64,000 nucleotides of DNA, from NCBI RefSeq assembly GCF_051956055.1, contig NZ_JBQCGC010000095.1, forward strand, positions 19,456 through 83,455, written 5' to 3'. Under the pieces are notes generated by a model. The model worked only from the letters and a program-made list of their open reading frames with translations, ran no database searches and had not been told where the DNA came from. The position numbers and the translations under genes are program-made. Of this stretch, positions 37,383 through 46,566 are shown in pieces. Every line of letters starts with the position of its first letter. Position 1 is the stretch's first letter. Source of the DNA: Amnibacterium sp. GTDB lineage: Bacteria; Actinomycetota; Actinomycetes; Actinomycetales; Microbacteriaceae.

Positions 37383-38320
37383 GCGGAGGCTCCGAGCGGA
37401 GCGAGTTCGGCGGCTCCGGCAGCGAGGAGGTCGCGCGCGAGCGCCTCCGCCGCGGCGAGGAGCACCGCGGGGCGGTCGCGGCCCGCGAGGTCCACCGCGG
37501 TCCGCCGGTCGATCCGCCGGCCGCCACCGGGGCGGTGCACCGCGGCCCACAGCTCGGCGGTCCCCTCGTGCACGGCGCTCGCGACGCCGATCGGCGCGGC
37601 GCAGCCGGCCTCGAGCAGCCCGAGCACGCGACGTTCGGCGGTCGCGGCGTCCCGGGCGACGGGATCGGTCAACCGGGCGACGAGCGCCCCGATCGTCGTG
37701 GCGGGGTCGGCGTCCGCCGCGCGGACCTCGATCGCGAGCGCCCCCTGGCCGGCCGCGGTGGGCCACGCGTCCAGCTCGAGCACCTCCGTGACCGCCTCCA
37801 GCCTGCCCAGCCTTGCGAGGCCGGCACGCGAGAGCACCACCGCGTCGAGGTCGCCGTCGCGCACCCGGCCGAGGCGCGTGTCGACGTTGCCCCGCAGGTC
37901 CACCACCCGCAGGTCCGGCCGCCGGTCGACGAGCTGCGCGTGGCGGCGGGGCGAGCCCGTGCCCACCGTCGCGCCCGCGGGGAGGCCGGCGAGGTCGAGC
38001 CCGTCGCGCGCGCACAGCACGTCCCGCGCGTCCTCGCGCTCGGGCACGCCCGCCACGACGAGGCCGGGGGCGGGAGCGACCGGGAGGTCCTTCAACGAGT
38101 GGACGACCAGGTCCACCGCACCCCCGGCGAGGGCGGCCCGCAGCGCGCCGGCGAACACGCCGGTACCGCCGATCTGCGCGAGCGACGCCTTCGACACGTC
38201 CCCGTCGGTCGTGACGGTCACCAGCTCGCACTCGGTTCCGAGCGCCCGGATCGCGTCCCGGATCGTCCCGGCCTGCGCGAGCGCGAGCGCGCTCCCCCTC
38301 GTGCCGAGCCGGACCGTCAC
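37379..38320 (-). CDS. hemC: Hydroxymethylbilane synthase
   Basis: [56 protein letters not shown]. Confidence 0.97.
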   Translation of the reverse strand: MTVRLGTRGSALALAQAGTIRDAIRALGTECELVTVTTDGDVSKASLAQIGGTGVFAGALRAALAGGAVDLVVHSLKDLPVAPAPGLVVAGVPEREDARDVLCARDGLDLAGLPAGATVGTGSPRRHAQLVDRRPDLRVVDLRGNVDTRLGRVRDGDLDAVVLSRAGLARLGRLEAVTEVLELDAWPTAAGQGALAIEVRAADADPATTIGALVARLTDPVARDAATAERRVLGLLEAGCAAPIGVASAVHEGTAELWAAVHRPGGGRRIDRRTAVDLAGRDRPAVLLAAAEALARDLLAAGAAELAPLGASA

Positions 38321-39492
38321 GGAGCGAGCCCCGCGACCGCCGGACGGAACCCGAGCCTGGCGTTCTCGCAGCACCCTGGCCGGCAGACGTCGTACCAGGG
38401 TCCGAGCGCGGTCTCCGCCGGTCGCTCCGCGGTCGGGGTGCCGTGCACCCGCTCGAGCACGAGGTCGACGAGGCCGGCCACGTAGGCCGGGTCGACGCCG
38501 GGCGTCGGGGTCCTCACCGCGACGAGACCGAGCTCCGCCGCGGTCGCCTTCGCCTCCTCGTCGAGGTCCCACATGACCTCCATGTGGTCGGAGACGAAGC
38601 CGAGCGGCACGAGCAGCACACCCTTCACGCCGCGCTCCGCGAGCGTCGCGAGCGCGTCGTTCACGTCGGGCTCGAGCCAGGGCTGGCTCGGGGGGCCGCT
38701 GCGCGACTGGTAGACGAGATCCCACGGCACGTCCCGGCCGGACCTCGCCATGACGACCTCGGCGACCGCCCGGTGCTGGGCCGCGTACGCGCCGCCCTCG
38801 CCGAAGCCGCGCTCGTGAGGCCCGCTGCGGGACGCGTCCCCGGTCGGGTTCGAGTGGGTGCAGAACAGCACGTGGGCCTGGGTGGCGAGATCGATGCCCG
38901 GCACCCGCCGTTCGAGCTCGGCGAGCCCGTCCGCGACGCCCGCGACGAACGGCGCGACGAAGCCGGGGTGGTCGAAGTACTGGCGCACCTTGTCGATGAC
39001 CATCGTGTCCGCGAGCCCCGTCTCGTCGAGCTCGCGCGCGAAGTCCTCGCGGTACTGACGGCAGGAGGAGTACGAGCTGTATGCGCTCGTCGCGATGGCG
39101 ATCAGCCGGGTGTCGTCCGCGGCGGCCGCCTCACGCAGCGCCTCCGAGAGGTACGGCGCCCAGTTGCGGTTGCCCCAGTACACGGGCAGGTCGACGCCCC
39201 TCGCGGCGAGCTCCGCTTCGAGGGCGGCCTTCAGCGCGCGGTTCTGCGCGTTGATGGGCGAGACGCCGCCGAAGTGCCGGTAGTGGTGCGCGACCTCCTC
39301 CAGCCGCTCGTCGGGGATGCCGCGGCCGCGGGTGACGTTGCGGAGGAACGGGATGACGTCGTCCTGCCCCTCTGGGCCGCCGAAGCTCGCGAGCAGGATG
39401 GCGTCGTACGCGACGGGCTCCTCCACGTGCTCGGGGCCGGAGACCGCGGCCTCGGAGGCGTTGCGCACGGCGCCGAGGTTCACGGCCGTCAC
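38317..39492 (-). CDS. hemH: Ferrochelatase (coproporphyrin ferrochelatase)
   Basis: LASFGGPEG, HYRHFGGVSPIN, YWGNRNW, YSSCRQY, YQSRSG..WLEPD, GFVSDHMEV.WDLD. Confidence 0.95.
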   Translation of the reverse strand: MTAVNLGAVRNASEAAVSGPEHVEEPVAYDAILLASFGGPEGQDDVIPFLRNVTRGRGIPDERLEEVAHHYRHFGGVSPINAQNRALKAALEAELAARGVDLPVYWGNRNWAPYLSEALREAAAADDTRLIAIATSAYSSYSSCRQYREDFARELDETGLADTMVIDKVRQYFDHPGFVAPFVAGVADGLAELERRVPGIDLATQAHVLFCTHSNPTGDASRSGPHERGFGEGGAYAAQHRAVAEVVMARSGRDVPWDLVYQSRSGPPSQPWLEPDVNDALATLAERGVKGVLLVPLGFVSDHMEVMWDLDEEAKATAAELGLVAVRTPTPGVDPAYVAGLVDLVLERVHGTPTAERPAETALGPWYDVCRPGCCENARLGFRPAVAGLAP

Positions 39493-40151
39493 GACAGCAC
39501 CTCGACCAGCTCGTCGAGCTCGATGCGGCGGCCCGTGAAGAACGGGGTCTCCTCGTTCACGTGGAGCCGGGCCTCGGTGGCGCGGAGGGCGCGCATCATG
39601 TCCACGAGGTCGGTGAGCGAGTCGGACTCCATGGGCAGGATCCACTCGTAGTCGCCGAGCGCGAACGCCGCGACCGTGTTCGCGACCACCGACGTGTACG
39701 CGGCGCCCTTCCTGCCGTGCTCGGCGAGCATGCGCTTCCGGTCGTCCTCCGGGAGCACGTACCAGTCGTAGCCGCGGACGAAGGGGTACACGGCCAGCCA
39801 CGCGCGGGGACGCTCGCCGCGCAGGAAGCCGGGCACGTGGCTGCGGTTGAACTCCGCGTCGCGGTGCACGCCGAGCGCACTCCAGGTGGGCAGGAGCGGC
39901 GCGATCATCGCCGTGCGGCGGATGCGGCGCAGCGCCGACTGCAGGACGGCGGGATCGTCGCCGTGCAGCCAGAACATGAGGTCCGCGTCGGCCCGGAGAC
40001 CCGAGACGTCGTAGATCCCGCGCGTCGTCACGCCGCGTTCGGCGAGCTCGTCGAGCACGTGGGCCAGGTGCTCCGGCGTCTCGTCGCCCGGTATCTGTCC
40101 AGCGGTCCCTCGGCGGAACACGGCCCAGAGGGCCCAGCCCTCGTCTGTCAT
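39489..40151 (-). CDS. hemQ: Coproheme decarboxylase (HemQ/ChdC)
   Basis: RGIYDVSGLRADADLMFW, AEFNRSHVP, VYPFVR.YDWY, MLAEHG, FALGDYEW. Confidence 0.95.
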   Translation of the reverse strand: MTDEGWALWAVFRRGTAGQIPGDETPEHLAHVLDELAERGVTTRGIYDVSGLRADADLMFWLHGDDPAVLQSALRRIRRTAMIAPLLPTWSALGVHRDAEFNRSHVPGFLRGERPRAWLAVYPFVRGYDWYVLPEDDRKRMLAEHGRKGAAYTSVVANTVAAFALGDYEWILPMESDSLTDLVDMMRALRATEARLHVNEETPFFTGRRIELDELVEVLS

Positions 40152-40299
40152 GGTGCGGTACTTCCTTCGCCGGCAGCGCGTTCTGGTTCGTCCGCGCGGG
40201 CGGCTGCGACCCGCACGGCGGTCGGCACGCACTCGAGCGCGCCCGTCGTCGGCCGCGTCCGCGCGGGCCGCCACCAGTGTCGCACCCGTTCCCGAGCGC

Positions 40300-40334
40300 C
40301 TCGTCCCGGCCCGGGATGCCCGGGCCGGGACGAG
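40300..40334 (-). terminator. Strong hairpin downstream of the DUF3618 gene
   Basis: 16-bp perfect stem CTCGTCCCGGCCCGGG / CCCGGGCCGGGACGAG, 3-nt loop. Confidence 0.7.
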
Positions 40335-40352
40335 ATCGTGGACCGGGCGGTG

Positions 40353-40616
40353 CTACCGCCTCGCCGCACTCCGGACGATCAGCGCCGTCACGCCTGCGAC
40401 CAGACCGAGCGCGCTCGCGATCGCGGCGTACACGTACTCCGGGTGATCCTGCCGGATCGCGTCGAGCCGCTCGATCGCGTCGCGCACGGCCTCGCGGACG
40501 CGCTTCGGCACGTCGAGGCGGTCCTCGATCGCATCGAGGGTCTCCGCGAGCCGCTGGCGGGTCGCCTCGATGTCCGACCGGATCTCCGAGAGCTGCCGCT
40601 CCTTGTCATCGGTCAT
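40353..40616 (-). CDS. DUF3618 domain protein
   Basis: EIRSDIEATRQRLAETLDAIEDRL, C-terminal TM. Confidence 0.85.
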   Translation of the reverse strand: MTDDKERQLSEIRSDIEATRQRLAETLDAIEDRLDVPKRVREAVRDAIERLDAIRQDHPEYVYAAIASALGLVAGVTALIVRSAARR

Positions 40617-41016
40617 ACTGCTGGACCCCCTTGAACGCCTTCACGTCGTCTTTCACGCTGTCGACCGCCTCCTTGGGCACCGGAGGCACGCCCTTCTTGA
40701 GCCGCGACACCCCGATGAGCGCCAGCACCACCGCGACGAGCAGCAGCGCCACCCCGACGATGAGGGCGGACAGCCAGAGCGGCAGGGCCTCCCCGATGCC
40801 GAGGATCACCGCGGCCATGAGCGGGAACGCGGCGAAGTACAGGAACACCGCGGCGCCCAGGAAGAGGGCGATGCCGATGCCCGCGCTCTTCAGGCGGCCG
40901 ACGGCCTCCCGCTTGATCTGCTCGAACTCGTCCCGGATGAGGGTGGTGATGAGCCCCGGCAGCTCACCGATGAGTGCGAAGACGGACTTCTTGCCGTCGC
41001 TCCTCTCGGCCGCCAT
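40606..41016 (-). CDS. Actinobacterial holin-like membrane protein (Phage_holin_3_6/DUF1469)
   Basis: LIRDEFEQIKRE, two TM helices, PVP..AVDSVKDD; standard partner of DUF3618. Confidence 0.85.
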   Translation of the reverse strand: MAAERSDGKKSVFALIGELPGLITTLIRDEFEQIKREAVGRLKSAGIGIALFLGAAVFLYFAAFPLMAAVILGIGEALPLWLSALIVGVALLLVAVVLALIGVSRLKKGVPPVPKEAVDSVKDDVKAFKGVQQYDR

Positions 41017-41021
41017 CGTCG

Positions 41022-41300
41022 TCAGATGGACGGCGACGGGGCGCCGTCGTCGTCGGTCTTCTTCACCTTCGCGGCCACCTTCTTCGCCTGGCCGACGACG
41101 GCGTCCTGCACCTCCGGCGCCTTCTCCTTGACGAAGCCCTGGACGGTGCCGACGACCTCGTGCACGCCCTTCTGGACGTTGCGGTCGTTCCAGAGGCGGT
41201 CGGCGGCCGCCTTGATCTGCTCATAGCGCCGCCGGCCGGCCCGCGCTCCGAGGACGTACCCGACGGCTGCGCCGGCGACGAACAGGATTCGGCCCTGCAT
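41022..41300 (-). CDS. Small conserved membrane-anchored protein (YtxH-like)
   Basis: GRILFVAGAAVGYVLGARAGRRRYEQI, common actinobacterial N-terminus. Confidence 0.8.
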   Translation of the reverse strand: MQGRILFVAGAAVGYVLGARAGRRRYEQIKAAADRLWNDRNVQKGVHEVVGTVQGFVKEKAPEVQDAVVGQAKKVAAKVKKTDDDGAPSPSI

Positions 41301-41359
41301 GGCTCACCCCTTTTTGGATCGAAGGAATCGGGCCACTGTATCGAGGGCCGACTGTGTGC

Positions 41360-42718
41360 TCAGGAGCTTCCCGACGGATGATCAGGAGCCTCGAGGCTCG
41401 CCGCCCTCTCGGCGCCGGCCACCACGGAGGCGAGCCCCGTGCCCGCCACCCAGGAGCCGGCGACCGTCAGGCCCGCAGGCAGCGCGGTCCGAGCGAGCGC
41501 GCTGCGGACCGCGAGCGTCTCGGGTGCGAGCGCCGGCGCGCTGTCGGTCCACACCGCGTCCGCCCGAGCGGCGACCGCGATCCGGTCGACCCCGAGCAGT
41601 GCGGCGGCGTCCGCGGCGGCGACGCCGTCCGGCACCTCGTCGCCGCCGCGGTACGACAGCCGGAGGTAATGCGTACCCGGCTCGACGCGGTCGCGCAGCC
41701 ATGGCCACTTCGCGGTGAGGTGGGTGATCGCGGTCGCCCGCACCCCTTCGCGGCCGGCGGCCCGGAGCACACCCGTGCCGCGCGGCGCCGCGTCCAGGCG
41801 GCGGTCCGGCACCTGGAGGAGCACCGCCCGCGTGCGCGCCGGCGCGGGCAGCGGCAGCGCCGCGAGCGCCGGCGCGGCGTCGGCGAGCAGCTCGAGCGCG
41901 GTCGCGCCGTCCGCCGCGACCACGACCCGGTCCGCCTGCAGATCCTCCTCGGCGGTGACGACCGTGATCGGGCCCCCGAGCGGATCCGGGTGCACGCCGA
42001 TCACCCGCGACCCGAGCCGCAGATCGACCCCCGCCGCGCGCAGCCCGTCGGTCAGCGCCGTCACCAGGCGGTGCACGCCGCCGGCGATGCCCTGGGCGGC
42101 GGCACCAGGAGGCGCTGCGGCGCGCAGCTCGAGCACCGCGCCCGACAACGTGCCCGCCCGGGTGAGCGCCGCGTTCAGACCCGGGGCGACCGCGTCGAGC
42201 GGCACCTCGTCCGGGTCGGCGCCGTACACGTTGCCGACCACCGGGGCGACGAGCCGATCGAGGACGCGGTCGCCCATCCGCCGCCGCACGAGCGGGCCGA
42301 GCCGGTCGTAGCGACCGACCCCCAGCACCGGGAGCAGCCGATCGACGTAGGCCCGTGCCGCGCCGCCCGCACCGAGGACCCGGATCACGTCGGTGGCGAG
42401 CGGCGAGGAGGGGATGCCGAGCAGCCCGGCGCTCGGGAGGGGCACCGTCCTGTCGGGGAGGGCGACCCAGGCGGACCCCGCCGGGTCCTGCACGTCCGCA
42501 CCGAGCCCGAGCCGGTCGACGAGGGCCCGGACGGCGCCGCCGCGCACCGCGAAGCTCTCGGCGCCCGTGTCGAGCACCACACCGCCGAGCTCGGTGGCGG
42601 CGACCCGGCCGCCCAGGCGGTCCGCGGCTTCGAGCAGCACGACGTCCGCACCGCCCAGCACGAGCCGTCGCGCGGCGACCAGCCCCGCGACGCCCCCGCC
42701 GATGACGACCGCGCGCAT
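41360..42718 (-). CDS. hemG: Coproporphyrinogen/protoporphyrinogen oxidase (HemY/HemG)
   Basis: VIGGGVAGL..LEAADRLGG, DTGAESF, PVVGNVYGADP, GSWVAGTGLASVV. Confidence 0.93.
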   Translation of the reverse strand: MRAVVIGGGVAGLVAARRLVLGGADVVLLEAADRLGGRVAATELGGVVLDTGAESFAVRGGAVRALVDRLGLGADVQDPAGSAWVALPDRTVPLPSAGLLGIPSSPLATDVIRVLGAGGAARAYVDRLLPVLGVGRYDRLGPLVRRRMGDRVLDRLVAPVVGNVYGADPDEVPLDAVAPGLNAALTRAGTLSGAVLELRAAAPPGAAAQGIAGGVHRLVTALTDGLRAAGVDLRLGSRVIGVHPDPLGGPITVVTAEEDLQADRVVVAADGATALELLADAAPALAALPLPAPARTRAVLLQVPDRRLDAAPRGTGVLRAAGREGVRATAITHLTAKWPWLRDRVEPGTHYLRLSYRGGDEVPDGVAAADAAALLGVDRIAVAARADAVWTDSAPALAPETLAVRSALARTALPAGLTVAGSWVAGTGLASVVAGAERAASLEAPDHPSGSS

Positions 42719-43734
42719 CAGCGCCGGTGCGTCCACTCGACGATGCGCGTGAGCACGCCGGGGTCGGTGTCCGGCGGCACCCCGTGACCGAGGTTGAGCA
42801 CGTGGGCCGGTGCGGCGCGACCTGCGGCCGCCACCGCCTCCAGATGCCGCTCCAGCACCGGCCACGGCGCGGCGAGCAGCGCGGGATCGATGTTGCCCTG
42901 GACGGGGGTGCTCCCCCCGAGCAGCGCGGAGGCGGCGTCCAGCGGGAGCCGGTGATCCACGCCGACGACGTCCGCGCCGGCATCCCTCATGGCGGGCAGG
43001 AGGAGCGCGGTCCCGGTGCCGAAGTGCACCTTGGGCACGTCGTGCACGGCGGCGAGCGCCGCCGCCGACGCGGGGAGCGCGCCGGCCCGGTAGTCCGCCT
43101 CCGACAGCGCACCCGCCCAGGAGTCGAACAGCTGCACGGCCCGGGCGCCGCTGCGGACCTGGGCCGCCAGGAACGCGCCGGAGATCCGAGCGAGGTACCC
43201 GGTCAGCGTCCGCCACGCCTCCGGCTCCGCGTGCATCAGGGTGCGCGCGCGGAGCTGGTCCTTCGACGGGCCACCCTCGACGACGTAGGAGGCGAGGGTG
43301 AACGGCGCGCCCGCGAAGCCGATGAGCGGCACGTCGCCCAGCTCCGCGACCGTGCGCGCGACCGCCTCCTCGATCGGTGCGAGCGCCTGGGGGTCCAGGT
43401 CGTGGGCGACGAGGTCGGCGAGGTCCGCCGCGTCGCGCACCGGCCGGCCGAACACCGGTCCCCTGCCGGGGACGATCTCCACGTCGACGCCGGCGAGCTT
43501 CAGCGGGACGACGATGTCGCTGAAGAAGATCGCGGCGTCCACCCCGTGCCGGCGCACGGGCTGGAGCGTGATCTCCGCCGCGAGCTCCGGGGTGAGGCAC
43601 GCGTCGAGCATGACCGTGCCGGCGCGGCTGGCCCGGTACTCGGGTAGGGAGCGGCCCGCCTGGCGCATGAACCACACCGGCAGCCGGTCGGGTCGGATGC
43701 CGCGGTAGGCGGACAGCAGCGGGGAGTTCGACAC
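42718..43734 (-). CDS. hemE: Uroporphyrinogen decarboxylase
   Basis: PVWFMRQAGRSLPEYR, AAIFFSDIV, GFAGAPFTLASY, QLFDSWAG, QGNIDP, NLGHGV. Confidence 0.97.
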   Translation of the reverse strand: MSNSPLLSAYRGIRPDRLPVWFMRQAGRSLPEYRASRAGTVMLDACLTPELAAEITLQPVRRHGVDAAIFFSDIVVPLKLAGVDVEIVPGRGPVFGRPVRDAADLADLVAHDLDPQALAPIEEAVARTVAELGDVPLIGFAGAPFTLASYVVEGGPSKDQLRARTLMHAEPEAWRTLTGYLARISGAFLAAQVRSGARAVQLFDSWAGALSEADYRAGALPASAAALAAVHDVPKVHFGTGTALLLPAMRDAGADVVGVDHRLPLDAASALLGGSTPVQGNIDPALLAAPWPVLERHLEAVAAAGRAAPAHVLNLGHGVPPDTDPGVLTRIVEWTHRR

Positions 43735-43837
43735 GGTGCGGCATCCTGCCAGGGCCCGCTCGCAGCGTGCACGGCACCTGGTCGGCTCCGCGTCCCCGCA
43801 CGGGGCTCCGATTCGACGGCTGGTAGAATCTCGCGCC

Positions 43838-45109
43838 GTGCTCACCGCCTTGACCGCCGACTACCGCAGCGCGGGGTTCGAGGTCCTGGAGCGGCTGGCC
43901 ACCGTCTCCCCCGAGTCGATCGCGCGGTTCGTGGACTCGCGCCCCGAGGTCCGCGGCGGCGTGCTGCTCGCGACCTGCAACCGGTTCGAGGCGTACCTCG
44001 ACGCGGCCGACGGCGCGGAGGTCGAGCAGCTGCTGGCGTTCGCCGCCGCGGAGGCCGGCGTGGACGCAGCAGCGGTCGCCACCGCCGCGGAGCGCCGCAC
44101 CGGCACCGACGTCGCCGGGCACCTCTTCGCGGTCTCGAGCGGCCTGGAGTCGCTCGTCGTCGGCGAGGCGGAGATCGCCGGCCAGGTCTCCCGCGCGCTC
44201 GAGGCGGCGCGCGCGCTCGGCACCACGACGCCCGACCTCGAGCGCCTCTTCCAGCGCGCCTCCCGCACCTCGAGCGCCGTGCAGCAGCGGACCAGGGTCG
44301 GCAGCGCCGGCCGCAGCATCGTCCGGCTCGCGCTCGATCTCGCCGAGAGCCGCTTCGCCGACTGGGCCACGACCCGGGTGCTGCTGATCGGCACCGGCAC
44401 CTACGCACGCGCGACCCTCGCCGCGCTGCGCGACCGCGGGGTGAGCGAGGTGCTCGTGTACTCGCCGAGCGGCCGCGCGCTGCGGTTCGCGCAGCGGGAG
44501 GGCGTGACAGCGGTGGAGCGCGCCGATCTGCCGCACCGTCTCGCGGTCGCCGACCTCGTCATCTCCTGCAGCATCGCGACCACGCCGATCCTCGACGCGG
44601 CCAAGCTGCGTCGGGCCCGCTCCGCGGTGGCGGCACCGAGCCGGCAGCTCGTCGTCGACCTGGGCATGCCGAGGAACGTCGAGCCCGACGTCGAGCAGCT
44701 GGAGGACGTCGAGCTGCTCGACCTCGAGACCATCGGGCGGCACGCGCCGCTGCCCGAGCTGCAGGCGACCGACGACGCGCTCGCGCTCATCGCCGAGGCC
44801 GTCGCCGAGTACGGCGCCGATCAGCGGGCGACCGCGGCGACACCGGCCGTCGTGGCGTACCGGGCGCACGTCTTCGAGCTCGTCGACCAGGAGCTCGAGC
44901 GCCTCCGGCGCCGCGGTGAGGCGACCGAGACGGTTGAGCGCGCCATGCGACACCTCGCAGGCGTCCTCGTGCACACCCCCTCCGCCAGGGCGAAGGCGCT
45001 GGCGGCGGCGGGCGAGGCGGACCGGTTCGCCGCCGCGATCGAGACCGTCTACGGGCTCGTCCCGGAGGCGACCGAACGCCGGGAGCCGGGCGCCGACCTC
45101 GCCGGATGA
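43838..45109 (+). CDS. hemA: Glutamyl-tRNA reductase
   Basis: LLATCNRFEAY, HLFAVSSGLESLVVGEAEIAGQV, LIGTG, DLGMPRNV; TAGAAT -10 eight nt before GTG. Confidence 0.96.
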   Translation: MLTALTADYRSAGFEVLERLATVSPESIARFVDSRPEVRGGVLLATCNRFEAYLDAADGAEVEQLLAFAAAEAGVDAAAVATAAERRTGTDVAGHLFAVSSGLESLVVGEAEIAGQVSRALEAARALGTTTPDLERLFQRASRTSSAVQQRTRVGSAGRSIVRLALDLAESRFADWATTRVLLIGTGTYARATLAALRDRGVSEVLVYSPSGRALRFAQREGVTAVERADLPHRLAVADLVISCSIATTPILDAAKLRRARSAVAAPSRQLVVDLGMPRNVEPDVEQLEDVELLDLETIGRHAPLPELQATDDALALIAEAVAEYGADQRATAATPAVVAYRAHVFELVDQELERLRRRGEATETVERAMRHLAGVLVHTPSARAKALAAAGEADRFAAAIETVYGLVPEATERREPGADLAG

Positions 45110-45159
45110 TCCGGCGGCGACCCGGCTCGCATACGTAACGCCTGCGTATCATCTGGGGC

Positions 45160-45468
45160 GTGACCTACCGCGTCGTGATCCCGCGCAGCATCCCGTTCGA
45201 CGACTCGAACCGGGTTCAGCGCGAGGTGTGGAAGCGCGGCTACAGCACGCGTCTCGCCGGCCGTGACGTGGCCCACCCCGATCACCTGGTCGTCGAGTTC
45301 CTCCGCCTCGTCGACGAGCTCCCGGAACCCGCCGACGTGCCCGCGCTCGAGCAGGACCTCGAGCGCCTGCTGTCCGGCAGCCGCATCCACGCGCCGTTCA
45401 ACGGCCGGGGCGGCTGGGTCGAGACGGTGCAGAACCGGCCGCAGCGCGCGACGAAGCGCTCCGCCTGA
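45160..45468 (+). CDS. Hypothetical protein, 102 aa
   Basis: TATCAT -10 seven nt before GTG; GC3-biased codons; no family recognised. Confidence 0.65.
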   Translation: MTYRVVIPRSIPFDDSNRVQREVWKRGYSTRLAGRDVAHPDHLVVEFLRLVDELPEPADVPALEQDLERLLSGSRIHAPFNGRGGWVETVQNRPQRATKRSA

Positions 45469-45478
45469 CCCCTCAGAC

Positions 45479-45611
45479 CCTTCATTTTGAAGGGGATTCG
45501 GTCCGCCCCTTCGTCGTGGAGCGCTCCGGCTGAACCTTCATATTTTGAAGGGGATTCGGCGCACAGGATCAGAGCAGGCGTCGACGGCCGACGCCGAATC
45601 CCCTTCAAAAT
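45479..45611. repeat. Repeat family F: ATTTTGAAGGGGATTCGG three times (two direct, one inverted)
   Basis: 45484-45501, 45542-45559, inverted 45594-45611; copies 2 and 3 form a 20-bp stem; copies 1 and 2 carry a CCTTCA..TGAAGG mini-hairpin. Confidence 0.9.
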
Positions 45612-45657
45612 GCAGCCCGGCGAGACTCGAAATCAGGCTGGCGATGCGAGTCGCGTC

Positions 45658-46566
45658 TCAGCAGACGTACTCGAGGATCCCGATCCCGATCGTGCGCATC
45701 GCCTGGAGCACGGCGAGCCGACGGGTGTGCACGTCGTCGTCGAACTGGATCGTCACCGTGTAGGCGACGGAGGACCGCGGTCCGCGCAGCACACCCGCCT
45801 CGCTGCGGACGCCGGGTGCGGAGCCGGTCTTGTTCAGCAGGCTCAGCCCGTGATCGCTCCGTACGTGCGACAGGGGGTCGAGCGCGAACGCCGACGCCAC
45901 CAGGGACAGATCGGCGTTCAGTGCGAGCCAGTCGGAGACGCGCGACGACACGGCGCGACTGACCGCCTCCCCGCGGGCGATGCGGGCGAAGAGCGTCGTG
46001 AGCTCCGCGGCGGAGCCGACCGAGAGCTGGGGCGCGTCGTCCGGACCGCGGCGGTCGCGGACCCGGTCGAGCAGCGCGGTGCGCTTCAGCCCGAGCGCGT
46101 CCGCACGAGCCCTGATCGAGTCGAGACCGACGGCCCGCAGGAGGACGTTCGTCGCCAGGTTGTCGCTGGTGGCGGCGACGAGCGCGGCCAGGTCGGTCAG
46201 CGGGAGGCTCGGCGCGTGCAGGTACTGCCAGACGCCGGCTTCGGAGACCAGATCCTCCGGCGTGCGGTCCAGCAGGTCGAACCGGGTGTTCACCTGCTCC
46301 TCGAGCCGCGCGGCGATCTCGATGAGCAGCAGCACCTTGCCGACGCTCGCGGTTGGCAGCACCACGTGGTCGTCGACCGAGAAGAGCGCCCTGCCGGACA
46401 GCAGGTCGATCACCCGGGCCGAGACCTGCGCCCCGTCGAGCGCCAGGTGCGCGAGCGCGGTGAAGCCGTCCGTGAAGTCCGCGCGCACCGCTTCGCCCCG
46501 GTGCCTGGCGTTCTCCTCGCCGCTCCGCTGCCGGGACCGTCGGGTCTCGGCATGAGCGGCGGTCAC
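45658..46566 (-). CDS. Serine hydrolase, class A beta-lactamase-like fold (Beta-lactamase2)
   Basis: PTASVGK (SxxK), SDNLATN (SDN), NKTGS (KTG); GTGA overlap with M13 peptidase stop. Confidence 0.85.
   Translation of the reverse strand: MTAAHAETRRSRQRSGEENARHRGEAVRADFTDGFTALAHLALDGAQVSARVIDLLSGRALFSVDDHVVLPTASVGKVLLLIEIAARLEEQVNTRFDLLDRTPEDLVSEAGVWQYLHAPSLPLTDLAALVAATSDNLATNVLLRAVGLDSIRARADALGLKRTALLDRVRDRRGPDDAPQLSVGSAAELTTLFARIARGEAVSRAVSSRVSDWLALNADLSLVASAFALDPLSHVRSDHGLSLLNKTGSAPGVRSEAGVLRGPRSSVAYTVTIQFDDDVHTRRLAVLQAMRTIGIGILEYVC

Noticed and set aside
40353-41300. Prophage remnant because of the holin-like gene
   Set aside because: This holin-like/DUF3618 cassette is a common chromosomal actinobacterial module; no phage genes nearby
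45479-45611. Possible CRISPR array (AT-rich direct repeat with hairpin, ~58-nt period)
   Set aside because: Only two direct copies, the third is inverted, the repeat is short, and no cas genes or leader are present
45658-46566. Functional class A beta-lactamase resistance gene
   Set aside because: No signal peptide and no recognisable Glu166/ExxLN motif; fold-level similarity only
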